A stretch of 59,333 nt of DNA, filler included, from Porpidia crustulata (taxonomy: Eukaryota): NCBI GenBank assembly GCA_964255105.1. It is 9 parts of 9 records of this genome, joined end to end, with 100 filler letters (N's around TTAATTAATTAA, not from the genome) between each part and the next. Parts side by side here need not be neighbours in the genome. Positions count along the whole stretch, not along the records: positions 1 to 6,510 come from CAXUWE010001518.1; positions 6,611 to 13,119 come from CAXUWE010001519.1; 7 more parts are not named here. One strand, 5' to 3'. The notes under the pieces are model-generated. The model was not told the origin of the DNA, did no database searches, and was given only the letters and a program-made list of their open reading frames with translations. The position numbers were made by a program, and so were the translations under genes. Below, one piece after another: positions 1 through 10,466 of the stretch; position 1 is the first letter of the stretch; every line of letters starts with the position of its first letter.

Positions 1-2
1 TT

Positions 3-2090
3 ATCCGCATGCTTTAACTCCCCATTCGTTATCTCCGTTTGTACCGTTTCCCTAACGCCGCCGTTCGGTTTCGCTTCCTCCTTACCCGCTTCGTTCCCCC
101 TTCCCCCCTTCCTCGCTCTGGGATCCACGCCCTTCCGCCTCAACCGGCTTCTCTTCGCTCTTTCCATGTACACTTTATCTTCCTCCTCTTCCCAACCTCC
201 AAATGCATCTTCTTCCTCCCCATTCTCCGTGATCGGAGATTTATCCACTATTTCCTCACCCCCGGCATTCTTCGCCGCGCCACTATCCGGTGTGATTTTC
301 GCTCCGGTCGCGCCGGGCGAGGGACCGGTCTTGCGGAATTTGGACACGAAGAAACCGTCGACGTTGTAGGTGTGCGGATAGTACCGCCTCGTCGATTTCA
401 TGGACGGCGAGAACTGCTTGCCCATGTAGCTCACAAACCCTTCGACGCCGAAGCTCAAGCCGGTCTCGACGAGTTTAACGTTGGGGCGTTTGGACAGCGC
501 GTACTGCACCACCTGTTCGTTTTCCTCGACGGTGACGCTGCACGTCGAGTAGACGATGTAGCCGCCCGTCTTGCTCGCGGGGTCGACGGAGTCGATGGCG
601 CAGAGGAGGAGCTGTTTCTGCAGGTGCGGCAGGAGCATGAAGTCTTTTTCCGTCTTGTTGGTTTTCACGCTGGGGTCTTTGGCGATGACGCCGGTGCCGG
701 AGCAGGGGGCGTCGAGCAGTACTCGGTCGAAGCCACCGATGACCTTTGGGAATTCTCGTGCGTCGTAGTTGCAGACGATGGTGTTTTTGGCGCCGAGGCG
801 GTGGATGTTGCCGATTAGGCCTTTGGCGCGGGATTTGTTACTGTCGTTGGCAAAGATGCAGCCGGTGTTCTTCGTAAGGGCAGATATGTATGTGGTTTTT
901 CCGCCGGGAGCGGCGGCCATGTCAAGAATACGTTCATGTTCTTGAGGGGCGAGCGCCATGACGGGAAGGAAGGATGAGGCGGCTTGAAGTATGTAATGGC
1001 CTGCAAGGTATTCCGGCGTCGCCCCTAGCGGGATCTGGGACTCGAAAACCTGCAAGCCTACTTTTGACCATTTGCCCACAGGCTCAAGTGTGACGCCACG
1101 ATTGATAAGCGCCTGTGCTAAATCCCGCCGATGAGTGCGTAGGGTATTTGTGCGGATTACAACCGGCCGAGGAGTTTCGTTTGCTTCAAAGAAGGCGAAG
1201 GCTTCGCGGGGAGTGAAGAGGTGGAAGAGTTTGTCGGCGAGGTAAGGGGAGTAGCCGTAATAGAGACAGATATCTTTAAGGAGCTGGGTAGTATAGTCTG
1301 CACGAGAGCGGGTCGGTTCGGAGAGTTTGGCAAAGTCATCAAGTACGCGGATAGTGTCGGTGATTCTGGAGCGGAGAAGTTGGAGGTCAGGTGCTAGGCG
1401 TGATTTTGCGGTCAGGGCTTCCTCATCGTCGTCGGAGTCGTCGAGGACCTGAGGTCTATCGCCGTCGATGTTGGTTTGGAGAGCTGCTTCTTCGAGTTCT
1501 AGTTGCGCTTCGGCAGCCTCCTCTTCTTGTTCTTGGTCTAATTTTCTGGAAAGCCCCTGTATGTTTGCTGCTGTCAACCTCTCCTCCGCATCCGAGTCGT
1601 CATCATCATCGGAGAACATAGCTCTTTCATGCTGAGGATCAGAATCGTAGACTGACGATCCAGAATCGAGGAAGTCGTCGGTTAGGGCATTTGCACTTTT
1701 TAGGTCTTGTAGGCCTTCTAGATCATCGTCTATATCCTCCAAGTCCCCTGACAGATCTGCTGCATCGTCGTCTGAATTTCGTACTGGAAGCGCAGCTTTT
1801 TTCTTCGATTTAGGTCTAACCGCTCGCCCCATGCCCTTTTCAGCTTGCGTAGTCTTGCCATTGATCGAGTTCTTGTTCGCAGTTTGCTGTGATCCTGAGT
1901 TCTTTGTCCCGTTTGACGGCCTCTGGTCTGAGATAGGCACTTTCACCTCTCCAGATGCCCTTCTCTTTTTTCCTTGTCCGCCAGAGCCTTCCTCAAGCTC
2001 AATGGCTTTTCGCTTCTTGAGGGAGGATGTTCGAGACTGGTCTAAAGGTAGAGGTGGCCCTTGCTTTTTCATGCGACGTCCTACACCCAT
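3..2090 (-). CDS. NOP2: 25S rRNA (cytosine-C5)-methyltransferase Nop2; 3' end runs off the window
   Basis: Manual translation from ATG at 2090 gives MGVGRRMKKQGPP..., an acidic N-terminal region, then TPEYLAGHYILQAASSFLPVMALAPQEHERILDMAAAPGGKTTYI (NOL1/NOP2/Sun signature). The frame has no stop before the window edge, which explains its absence from the ORF track. Confidence 0.97.
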   Translation of the reverse strand, partial: MGVGRRMKKQGPPLPLDQSRTSSLKKRKAIELEEGSGGQGKKRRASGEVKVPISDQRPSNGTKNSGSQQTANKNSINGKTTQAEKGMGRAVRPKSKKKAALPVRNSDDDAADLSGDLEDIDDDLEGLQDLKSANALTDDFLDSGSSVYDSDPQHERAMFSDDDDDSDAEERLTAANIQGLSRKLDQEQEEEAAEAQLELEEAALQTNIDGDRPQVLDDSDDDEEALTAKSRLAPDLQLLRSRITDTIRVLDDFAKLSEPTRSRADYTTQLLKDICLYYGYSPYLADKLFHLFTPREAFAFFEANETPRPVVIRTNTLRTHRRDLAQALINRGVTLEPVGKWSKVGLQVFESQIPLGATPEYLAGHYILQAASSFLPVMALAPQEHERILDMAAAPGGKTTYISALTKNTGCIFANDSNKSRAKGLIGNIHRLGAKNTIVCNYDAREFPKVIGGFDRVLLDAPCSGTGVIAKDPSVKTNKTEKDFMLLPHLQKQLLLCAIDSVDPASKTGGYIVYSTCSVTVEENEQVVQYALSKRPNVKLVETGLSFGVEGFVSYMGKQFSPSMKSTRRYYPHTYNVDGFFVSKFRKTGPSPGATGAKITPDSGAAKNAGGEEIVDKSPITENGEEEDAFGGWEEEEDKVYMERAKRSRLRRKGVDPRARKGGRGNEAGKEEAKPNGGVRETVQTEITNGELKHAD

Positions 2091-3657
2091 GACAGCGAAG
2101 GCGGCAGGTTGTTTGAATCTATTCAATTTTGGAAATATTTTGCGATCCAAAAAGTTCGTGCCGATTTGCTGGGATCATGTATCGGGACTAGCGTATAATC
2201 CATAGCGGCAACGAAGGAACGCTACGGAAGTTGACATTTCCTTATCAAATTCGACGTAGCACAGATGTCTATCATCCGACTTTTGAAAGGGATATTGAAA
2301 TGCCACATGCTGTACACGTTTCATTTGTGCTCTAAGCAAAATATCCTTGATCGAAGTAATGCTCATTGCGCTGAGATGGTAGCACCAAGCGCTTTGGGAC
2401 CAGATACATTTCCACTTTGTTTGGTCACTTAGAATTCTATTCCACTCCACATGATATAATCAGCCGAAGTTGTATCTGCGCCTTTCAAATATCTAAATTC
2501 TGATGTCGGTCTATTCCTTTAGAGCTTCGCTGATGGGGCTATGAGTAACACTTGTTTTCTATTCATCTGATTACACTATGGGCCATATGTGACTTTGGTC
2601 AAGTGTTAGACGCTATAAAGAAAGACTACTAATGGTATCATGTTCATGTAAAAGAGTAGGTACATGGTGAGAGGTTGAGCGCGTAATAACGATGGTAGGG
2701 GAGATTTGGCGGTCAACTTCGCCATAGTTGGTGATGGAATGATATATCCTAACCTATATTCATGTAGTACACTAACACCGCAACATAGCTGGCCGAAAAC
2801 AATCATCCTCATGATGATCTCACTCCTCGTCAGCCTTGACAAGTCGGCCTTATGTAGCCCGGCCCATGAATGGTTCCTGGATCGTCATTCTCCATATCGA
2901 CCCATGTATAGACGTACGGGAGATAGTCCGTGACCAAATTGTAGCTTTTGGTCTTTGGGCCGATCTATGATTTAGGTGTGATGGCGGCATCCTTTGAAAG
3001 GTCCTTTCTCATTGGGGAGCAGTAAGAACCTGAGCTACCAGTTAGCAATGAACCAGGACAGCAGAGTCCGCATAGTAACAGGCTCTTTTCCTAACCACTC
3101 ATAATCCTCACGGTGAACGCAGCTGAACGAAGTTTCTCGATAGGACAATTCTGAGAGCAAAAATATCACCATTTCTTCGGTGTCAAGGTCCTCCGTACTT
3201 TCCATGCTTAAACGGTCGTTTTCCTGTGGACATTGCGCAGTCAGCGCCCTGTTGTTTTCGCTGTTCTTCCATTCTCCCTTCTCATCTGGGATTACTCCCA
3301 TGGTAAAGGCATCCACGTGCAATGTTATTATGTTTTGCCGCCAGATCCTGCCTAGGCTTTGGCTTATGGCATTAGTGAGAACTTTGACGTCCGGCATTGT
3401 GTGCCAAGCTGAAGAAGGTTGCGTGTATGTTTGGGAAGAGTATAGAACTATTGATACTAGCTCTTTTGACTTGCTTGACCAATGTGTTTATGGCTATGAT
3501 AAGAGGATTTCAACTGATGGCGAGCTCGCAAATTTTGTAGCCATTTGCCTGGGTGGCAATTTATGATCCCGATTCTCAGTGAGCATGGAGTTGACCATCA
3601 TATTTTGATGGAGAAGAATTTATGAAAAATCAAAACCTGATTAGCCGCCAATTAGAC

Positions 3658-3815
3658 GATGGAATCGACTTTAGTTCTGAACCGCTTTTTTTTGCCATTG
3701 TGATCCAGGTCACCATAGCGTCATGATCCTAGACGACGGTACTATGTACATGATCGACTTTGGCATGTCTTGCCTCTATCCGAAAGTCTTCGATCAATTT
3801 CCTCTCTTCCAATAG
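3658..3815 (+). pseudogene. Degenerate fragment of an APH/choline-kinase-like phosphotransferase
   Basis: DGIDFSSEPLF/frameshift in T8 run 3686-3693/CHCDPGHHSVMILDDGTMYMIDFGMSCLYP...TAG at 3813. Resembles the HxDxxxxN...xIDF/W catalytic region, but no intact upstream coding sequence is visible. Confidence 0.5.
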
Positions 3816-5021
3816 ACAGGCAAGGGACTTGCCAACCGACCTCGAGAGGGCCTTTTCGGGTCCAAAGTCTTGCGAAACTTCCGGTCGATAGCTTTGGTTG
3901 CGCGAATGAATCCGCAAGGGGGCCGAGTGGGCTGAGTCGACATTTCGGTCTGCGAGCCACGATCAAGCAAAATCCAGAGCTACGCAACGGTTATGGGTTG
4001 GGTTGATCGAATTGGCATATGGGTAGCCAAAATAGCTGTATGTTGAGAGGTTGCCAGAATGATGGTATCGACTTGGAGCGATATATCGGGAGCATGCACA
4101 TGAGCGATCACAGAGACCGTGCAGTCCTTCGGATTCAGTGGCGTCAGGGTTTCTTTTTTCACGCTCCCAAGAAGCCCAAGATAGTCGAAGCCCCAAGACA
4201 GAAATACCTGCGCTCAGCGCGGCCGTTTTCAGCATAGGCAGATCATACATGAAGGATTCAATTGCTTTCGCCATCTTTTGAGCAGAGCTGCTTGGAAATA
4301 TGGCTGGATTCAACGTAGCAGTGGTCTTTTACGCGTCATTCCAAAGCTTCAAATCATTTCTTCCCCTTCTTGAAGATTTGATGTTAAGACCATGGATCTG
4401 TATATGCATTCTTGATCACACGAAACCGTCTCAATTACTTCCACGTCCCCTGTCGGCGTATTTTTTTGGCCTTCGCTCAATATCACTTACTGCGTAGGGT
4501 CCGTCAATTACATTACGCTAATACGGCTAGAGTTGGAATCGAATCCTTGGAATACCCGCCAAAATCAGGTGGCATCAAATAATCTGTTTTGATCAGAAGC
4601 CTATTACTGTTGTTGTCCACTTTCAGTCAGCACGAAAATCCGAGGCGAAGAGGTGATCTGCGATAATTTCTATTGGAAGAAAATCGAATTGTGTGCATGC
4701 TTCCTGTTAGAGTTTTTAGAAGGCTGCTACCCGCTCCTGCAAAAAAAGAAATGAGGACCAATCAAACCCCATCAGGCTGTCTATGCCCCGAGCTTATGCG
4801 TCAAAAAACGCCAGGACTCGGGAGTTGTGGTGATTTTTCCGACGATGCATACAAAATGCTAGCGCCAATTCAGGTCAGCCAACTGGGCTGAACAGCAGCT
4901 TCTATGCTCTATTCTTCTCAATGAAGGCCCTCAGTACGCTTCGAATCTACTTCTCCACAGTCTGTCGCGCAACAGGAAGAAATTTCTAGCTTGGCTCTCT
5001 GCCTTACTATTCCGACAAATA

Positions 5022-5942
5022 ATGGCCTCTTCTCATCCCAATGGCGTGACCGATGGAAAAGGCCAAAGAAATCCAGATCGCGGATCTGAGACACATTTCG
5101 TTGTCGAATTTCCACAGAAGTATGACGCGAAGTCCATATACCAGGACGAAGAGTTTGCGGATGTCTCCATCAAGGGCAAAATTCAAAGGATTCGTATCCA
5201 TGACTATCAGATAATGTTTGCTCACCCAGGTTTGTATGAGTAAGTCGCGATATTTTGTTTGGATCATATCTACTGGACTAGAACGGCCAATAGGTTTATC
5301 ATCCATGAGCAGCTTGAATGCGACTCTCCGCGAAGCCTCGTCGAATTTTTGCGGCAGTGTCTCAGCTCTGGCATTGATCACCTGCCTAATGGTCCACTGA
5401 CTATTCTTGACGTTGCGGCTGGCAACGGTATCGTAGGCTCTGAGCTGAGAAAGCAGCTTGGCGAGAGACCTGGCATAGAAAATTTGGTGGGCACTGATCT
5501 GCTAGAATCAGCTCGTTCGGCGACGTTAAGGGATCGACCCGAAACTTACGACGAATTTCTAGTCGCTAATCTAGTCCTGCTCGACGAACCGCAAGTAGCC
5601 CAATTCAAGAGATGCCCGTTCGATGTGGCGACTGTCTGTGCCGCCCTAGGTCCGGGGAAAGACGACCTACCGCTCGAAGTTTTCGACGCGGTAATCGATC
5701 TTCTATGCACTGGAGGGCTACTTGTGTTCACCGTCAACGAAGAGAACAAAAGACTCAGCGACTCTAAACGATGGAAGGCTTTCCTTGAAAGTCTTGAAGA
5801 AGACACAGAGACTCATTGGAAGGATATGCGACAGGTGGGGAAGCGGAGGTATAACCATCGGAAGAATGTCCAAGGGGAGTGGATTGTGTACACTGCGCTC
5901 ATCTATCAAAAGATCGACACCAGGCTTGCTGCAAAAGATTGA
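5022..5942 (+). CDS. Class I SAM-dependent methyltransferase (2 exons, intron 5240-5293)
   Basis: A GTAAGT...TAG intron joins ...RIHDYQIMFAHPGLYE to FIIHEQLECDSP in frame; motif I ILDVAAGNGIVG, followed by LVGTDL, FDVATVCAALG and GGLLVFTV. Confidence 0.9.
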
Positions 5943-6510
5943 AATGGGATCAACGAGCAATGAGTAGAATCTTAAGTTAAGAGCATTGACATCTTACACG
6001 AGATATCGAGAAGGTATTGCGTTTGGTCTGCGATTCAGAGAAGAGATAATGCCGAGAAAAAGTTATATGAAGTTTCCACACATGGTCTGTTCATTCAACA
6101 AAATGAAATTGCCATCCAAACCTCACGATTGAAATGTTGCAGCGAATATGAGTTATACAAGGACAAGGTCAAAAGTAGATAGTGCAGAAGTCCACTCCTT
6201 CTGGCTGACAGAACAACCAGAGACAGAATGAGGCACCCTCCCATGTGAAACAATACTCGACAGCTGGCAATAGGAGCCATTTGCCAAGCACAAGAGTTTA
6301 CCGAAACCAGATGATATCCAGGATATGTAGAGTGGCCGTGTAACTGTGCTAGCCATCAATCGAGCCAAAGCCTTCAACTAGAAAAGTCTCAGCATTGATA
6401 TGCACATAGAGACCGACTTGACTTGCGTGCGGCCATCAACAACCGTCATACCGAACTCACTATCCCCCAATCCCCCTAGCGCCATCCGCCAATCTAGCCC
6501 TACCTACAAC

Positions 6511-6610
6511 NNNNNNNNNNNNNNNNNNNNNNNNNNNNNNNNNNNNNNNNNNNNTTAATTAATTAANNNNNNNNNNNNNNNNNNNNNNNNNNNNNNNNNN
6601 NNNNNNNNNN
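6511..6610. other. Artificial contig spacer (44 N + TTAATTAATTAA + 44 N)
   Basis: Palindromic linker with stops in all six frames; identical at all 8 junctions. Confidence 0.99.
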
Positions 6611-7099
6611 GCGCCCTAAGATCAACATTATCTGAGGCTGAAGGGAAACGTGCAAGGATCTGGTGAGCAAAAACTAGGAAATTGACGAAAACGCCGAGAA
6701 AAATAATGGGCAGATGATACCGTTTTAACTATTTCGATTAAGATCATTTTTTACTTTCAATACATCTCTACCCTCACCTCCTTTATCTTTACTATACTGA
6801 TGGCGCCCTGGCTCTCAACAGATTGTACCCTGACATACTAACCATAAACTAACCCTCATCATATCTACACGAGGATGAAAATTCTTGTGTAGTCGTTTTG
6901 TTGCTCAGCCGACGATTTTTTTAATACGTAGTCGTAGCGAGGATGCGCTCTTTTTTGATATGCTTAATAGCGAATACCTGATCATATCGTGCACGGATAA
7001 TGGAGTGCGGATGATTCTTTGCTTTTGCTGCCGGGTATATCGTTCTGACCGAGGTTCGACGGGTTTGGGTAGGAGGTGTTTGGGATGGGGGAATGTGGA

Positions 7100-8150
7100 T
7101 GTGGGACGCGGAGATGCTGTGGGTGAGAGTAAATGGGATGGGTTTAAATTGAGTTAGACTTTGGCGTTAGGAGCGGGGCCCTATGGGCTTGATTTGGTAG
7201 AAATAGATGTGGTGGAAAATCTGAGGTTTCGGATGGTGTTGGAGAGGGAGTTAGGATAGGTATGCCTCCTTTTTCCAAAAAATTGAATAAACCGTTGACC
7301 TATTTCACTATCCATGGATGCTCTCAGATCTCTGTTCCTTCTGAAGATGTCAGTTTCAATTATTCTGTAGGACCTGAAATGTGCATTCATTAACCCCTGC
7401 GTCACGGGATATCGCTTAGACACCAGAAGCCTTAGGTACTCTAGTGAACGAGGTTTGGGGTATTTATTTGGACGACTTCTTGCTGATGGCGCGGTCAATA
7501 CCTCTTTTTCATACTTCTTGGCGGGTTTGAATCTTTTTGTATGCTACCGTGTATTTTTTTTTCGGTAATCTTTATAAAGCTTATAGGGCCGGTTTATACA
7601 GCTGTAGAACTTGTTCAGTCTCATCGTTCAGTCTTCCAGCTTGGGGGCACATATTTCTCTGTTTTAGACTAGGGTATCCTTTTTATCATGCCTTGGAATT
7701 GTTCAAGCACGGAAAGCTGGCAGATGAGATGGAGGCTTAGGATCACCGCGTCATCATCGATTGTGGTTCATAGTTTAGCATGTTTGCGCTCCGGTCGGAA
7801 TCTTTTGAGCTCTCCATCGCGCCAGCAAAGTTCGGCAACGACAAGGTCGAAATTGGACTTCATTTCATTCAGAGAAACAAAAATCTTCCTCATCGCTTCA
7901 CGGAATCATACTCTTGTGTAATTTCGATTCGATCTCTTTTGCACTACATCAAGTTACACCTTCACCTCGCTGCCTCTCCGTATTAATCAATCATTCGGTT
8001 TTCGCCATCGATCTATTCAGTTCTTTCATTCATCTCGCTGACATTTTAAGTCTGTTAAATCGCTCACTGAGTTTTACCGATGAATTGATCGAAAAGCCGG
8101 ATCAAAGAACGACGTAAACGATTAATTGAACAGTCGAGTAAAAGACCGAA
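7100..8150 (-). pseudogene. Heavily decayed, relatively AT-rich coding relic (coiled-coil-like); origin unknown
   Basis: Minus-strand translations give charged, helical-looking segments (e.g. MKSNFDLVVAELCWRDGELKRFR; AGRLNDETEQVLQLYKPAL*AL*) broken by many stops and frameshifts. Confidence 0.3.
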
Positions 8151-8490
8151 TAGCGAAAAAAGCCCGAATGATTTCGGAATAAGAAGATCAAACCGCAAGC
8201 TCTGTAAACTCTGTAAAACGCTGAGAGGAGAGTCGATTTGTTCTGTTGGAAGTCGAGATCTGCTGTTGAGGCTGCGCGCTGTACGACAAGCTGTTCATCG
8301 ATATGACATTTGATACATGAAGGAAGCGAATATTTATTGGGCGGAGGGCGCTCGTTGATAGATGGTCATTTCATGAGATGGGCGAGGGGATTTGTCAAGT
8401 GGGGTCTCTCTATCCACGGATATGCGCATTTCATCCATGGATTGGGGGTGCAACAGATAGGGTCTTTGCCTCTGGACATGAGTGAAGTAT

Positions 8491-9438
8491 CTACATAGGT
8501 TCTACCCCGTCAGGATTCCCTTCCTTTTCCTTTTCCTTTTCCTTTTCCAACTCCTCCGCCGCCATGAGCCGCTTCACATATGTCGACCATTTCTCGTCCT
8601 TGTCGAGCCATGCGACGTTCGTCTTGCTCACCGGTTCCAACCAGACGTGATGTTTCTCATACGTCGATCCACGTTCCAAATTTTTTTTTGAAAAGTACTC
8701 GTTCGCTTTCGCCAGGACGGCTTGCTCCGTCTTCAGATCCTTCCAGCTTGCGATGACGAGGAGAGTCAGAGCTGGGAAAGCTGACCTGATCGCCTCCGGC
8801 TTGATAATGATATCTCTGTCTAGGCCTGCCACAGCTTTTGACATGGCTGGATACGGTCTCAACCAAGTAGCATTCAGTCCGACATTTGCCTCGGCCCCCT
8901 CTTCTCCGCCAGGGATCTCAGCGGCAATGCGTTGAAAGTATTGCCTGCACACTTGTGTCTCGATCCCCAGTTCGACTTTCCTTTCCTCGTCCTTGTTCTT
9001 TTCTCCTTTCGAGAAAGTCACAAAGTAAACAGTGCTGAGCAATAGCGGGTCGAAAGCACCCAGGAAAAGATCCATAGTGTACAATTGGGGTGTTTCCGCG
9101 CCAGGGAGGAGAAGACAGTCTACATAATCGAGAAAAGCTCCAACATGAGTGGAAAGGAACTGTTCGAGATAGTCGGCAGAATGGAAAGCTGATTGAGAGA
9201 ATCAGCGAGCTTGAAAGATAAGAGAATAGTTCTCGCGTAGCAATTACGCACAGATGAACAAGTCGACGATGTCGGGCGACTCGACTCTCCCCCCCCAATG
9301 CAGCTCACTCCAGCCGAGGCACTTGACAATAAGCTTGAGGCCGTCATTCCATAATCGGCCGTTCTCGGTAGAAGGGATGTTGATAGAGCTTGAAGGATGA
9401 AAGTGAAGGCTTAGATGGGTGCTTGAGTGCTCCGGCAT
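8491..9438 (-). CDS. Hypothetical protein with an N-terminal dimeric alpha/beta-barrel (ABM-like) region; intron 9189-9251
   Basis: ATG at 9438; exon 1 ...LWNDGLKLIVKCLGWSELHWGGRVESPDIVDLFI splices (GTGCGT...CAG) to SFHSADYLEQFLST... and continues in frame into ORF 8491-9084. The WG-x-VE-x-P-x-x-VDLFI pattern recalls fungal ABM-like barrels. Confidence 0.7.
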
Positions 9439-10466
9439 GATGGCACCAGGCAATGGGTAGATGCGGGAGGTTGAAGAGAGATTATATCGCAAACGGTCTG
9501 TTGAATGAGTTTTTCATTTCACAAACTTCGGGCAACTACTGTTTCCCCAATGCATGGAACGCAGGAATCAGACGATTTGGTCACGAAATCCAGGCAGCTG
9601 CTAGGGTTAATTAGAGACAAGCATGGTGGAACTGACTGCGCCCATCATGGCCATGCTGCGCCCTACGGTCTGTCATGGATGTCAATCATGAGAGGGTTGC
9701 AAACCTGTGATTTGCAACGATGGACCGATCAGTCATCGCGACAAGTATGAAAGGGAAAAACCCCTGGATCTTGATCGTTTCAACCGTCAGGGAGCTTAAC
9801 GTTGAAGGCACGTGACCTAAATTACCTACTTACCTGGTAAGTGGTAAGGTACCAGGTACATGGCGCTACGAATCGGCTCACGACCGAACTTCCGAGTCCC
9901 GTGGCTGCAGCGGGAGGGCGGAATATCATACGCTCGGGGCTCGGTACGGTACGGTACGGTAATTAAAGGTCCAATGTAACAACGACATACACCCACACGT
10001 CGTATCCATTGGGCATCTCTCACGTTTCATTCATCCACTTCTGTCGTGCATTTTGTCCATCTTAATTTCATCCCCAAACCTCCAACTCTATGCTGCGCGA
10101 GGTAGTTCCTCCTTCGCACCTTGGCTGAAGACCGACCCCGAGGCTGCGTACTTTCTCTGCAGGAACCTGTGCACTGCCCTACAGTTTCATTCTCTGGACA
10201 CAATTTGGTGTGGCCTGACCATGTCTGCAATCTTGTTTCCATATCATTTTCGTGTCAGCCAAGTTGATTTGGGATCAATGTGGATCCTGAAGATTATTCT
10301 CTCGGCATGAATCAGCTTTCTATTTCGGCTCATCACGGCGAGCTCATCAGGAGTACCGACATGAATCATTTTCTTCAATTGATCTCCTTGTATGAACTAT
10401 ATAAGATGTCTATTCGCAAGAATAATATTATGATCCGGTACTTGCTTTTACATTCATTTTCTAAAC

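Noticed and set aside
39..818. 259-aa plus-strand ORF and similar long antisense ORFs (11635-12486, 16541-17143, 33243-33788, 39803-40717, 53818-54375)
   Set aside because: They are antisense shadows of real genes (NOP2, protease-mucin, TRZ1, OSBP, CTR9, ProRS), expected from codon bias and low-complexity sequence.
2606..3397. Minus-strand ORF pieces (MPDVKVLTNAIS..., ...SRLTRSEII...) as a decayed gene
   Set aside because: Protein-like in places, but I could not recognise a family or a consistent exon structure.
3963..4313. 116-aa minus-strand ORF with a hydrophobic stretch
   Set aside because: No motif, intron or homology support visible.
9823..9965. Short inverted repeat (CTTACC-T-GGTAAG) and (CGGTA)4 tract between divergent genes
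   Set aside because: Too short and low-complexity to support a mobile element or structured RNA.
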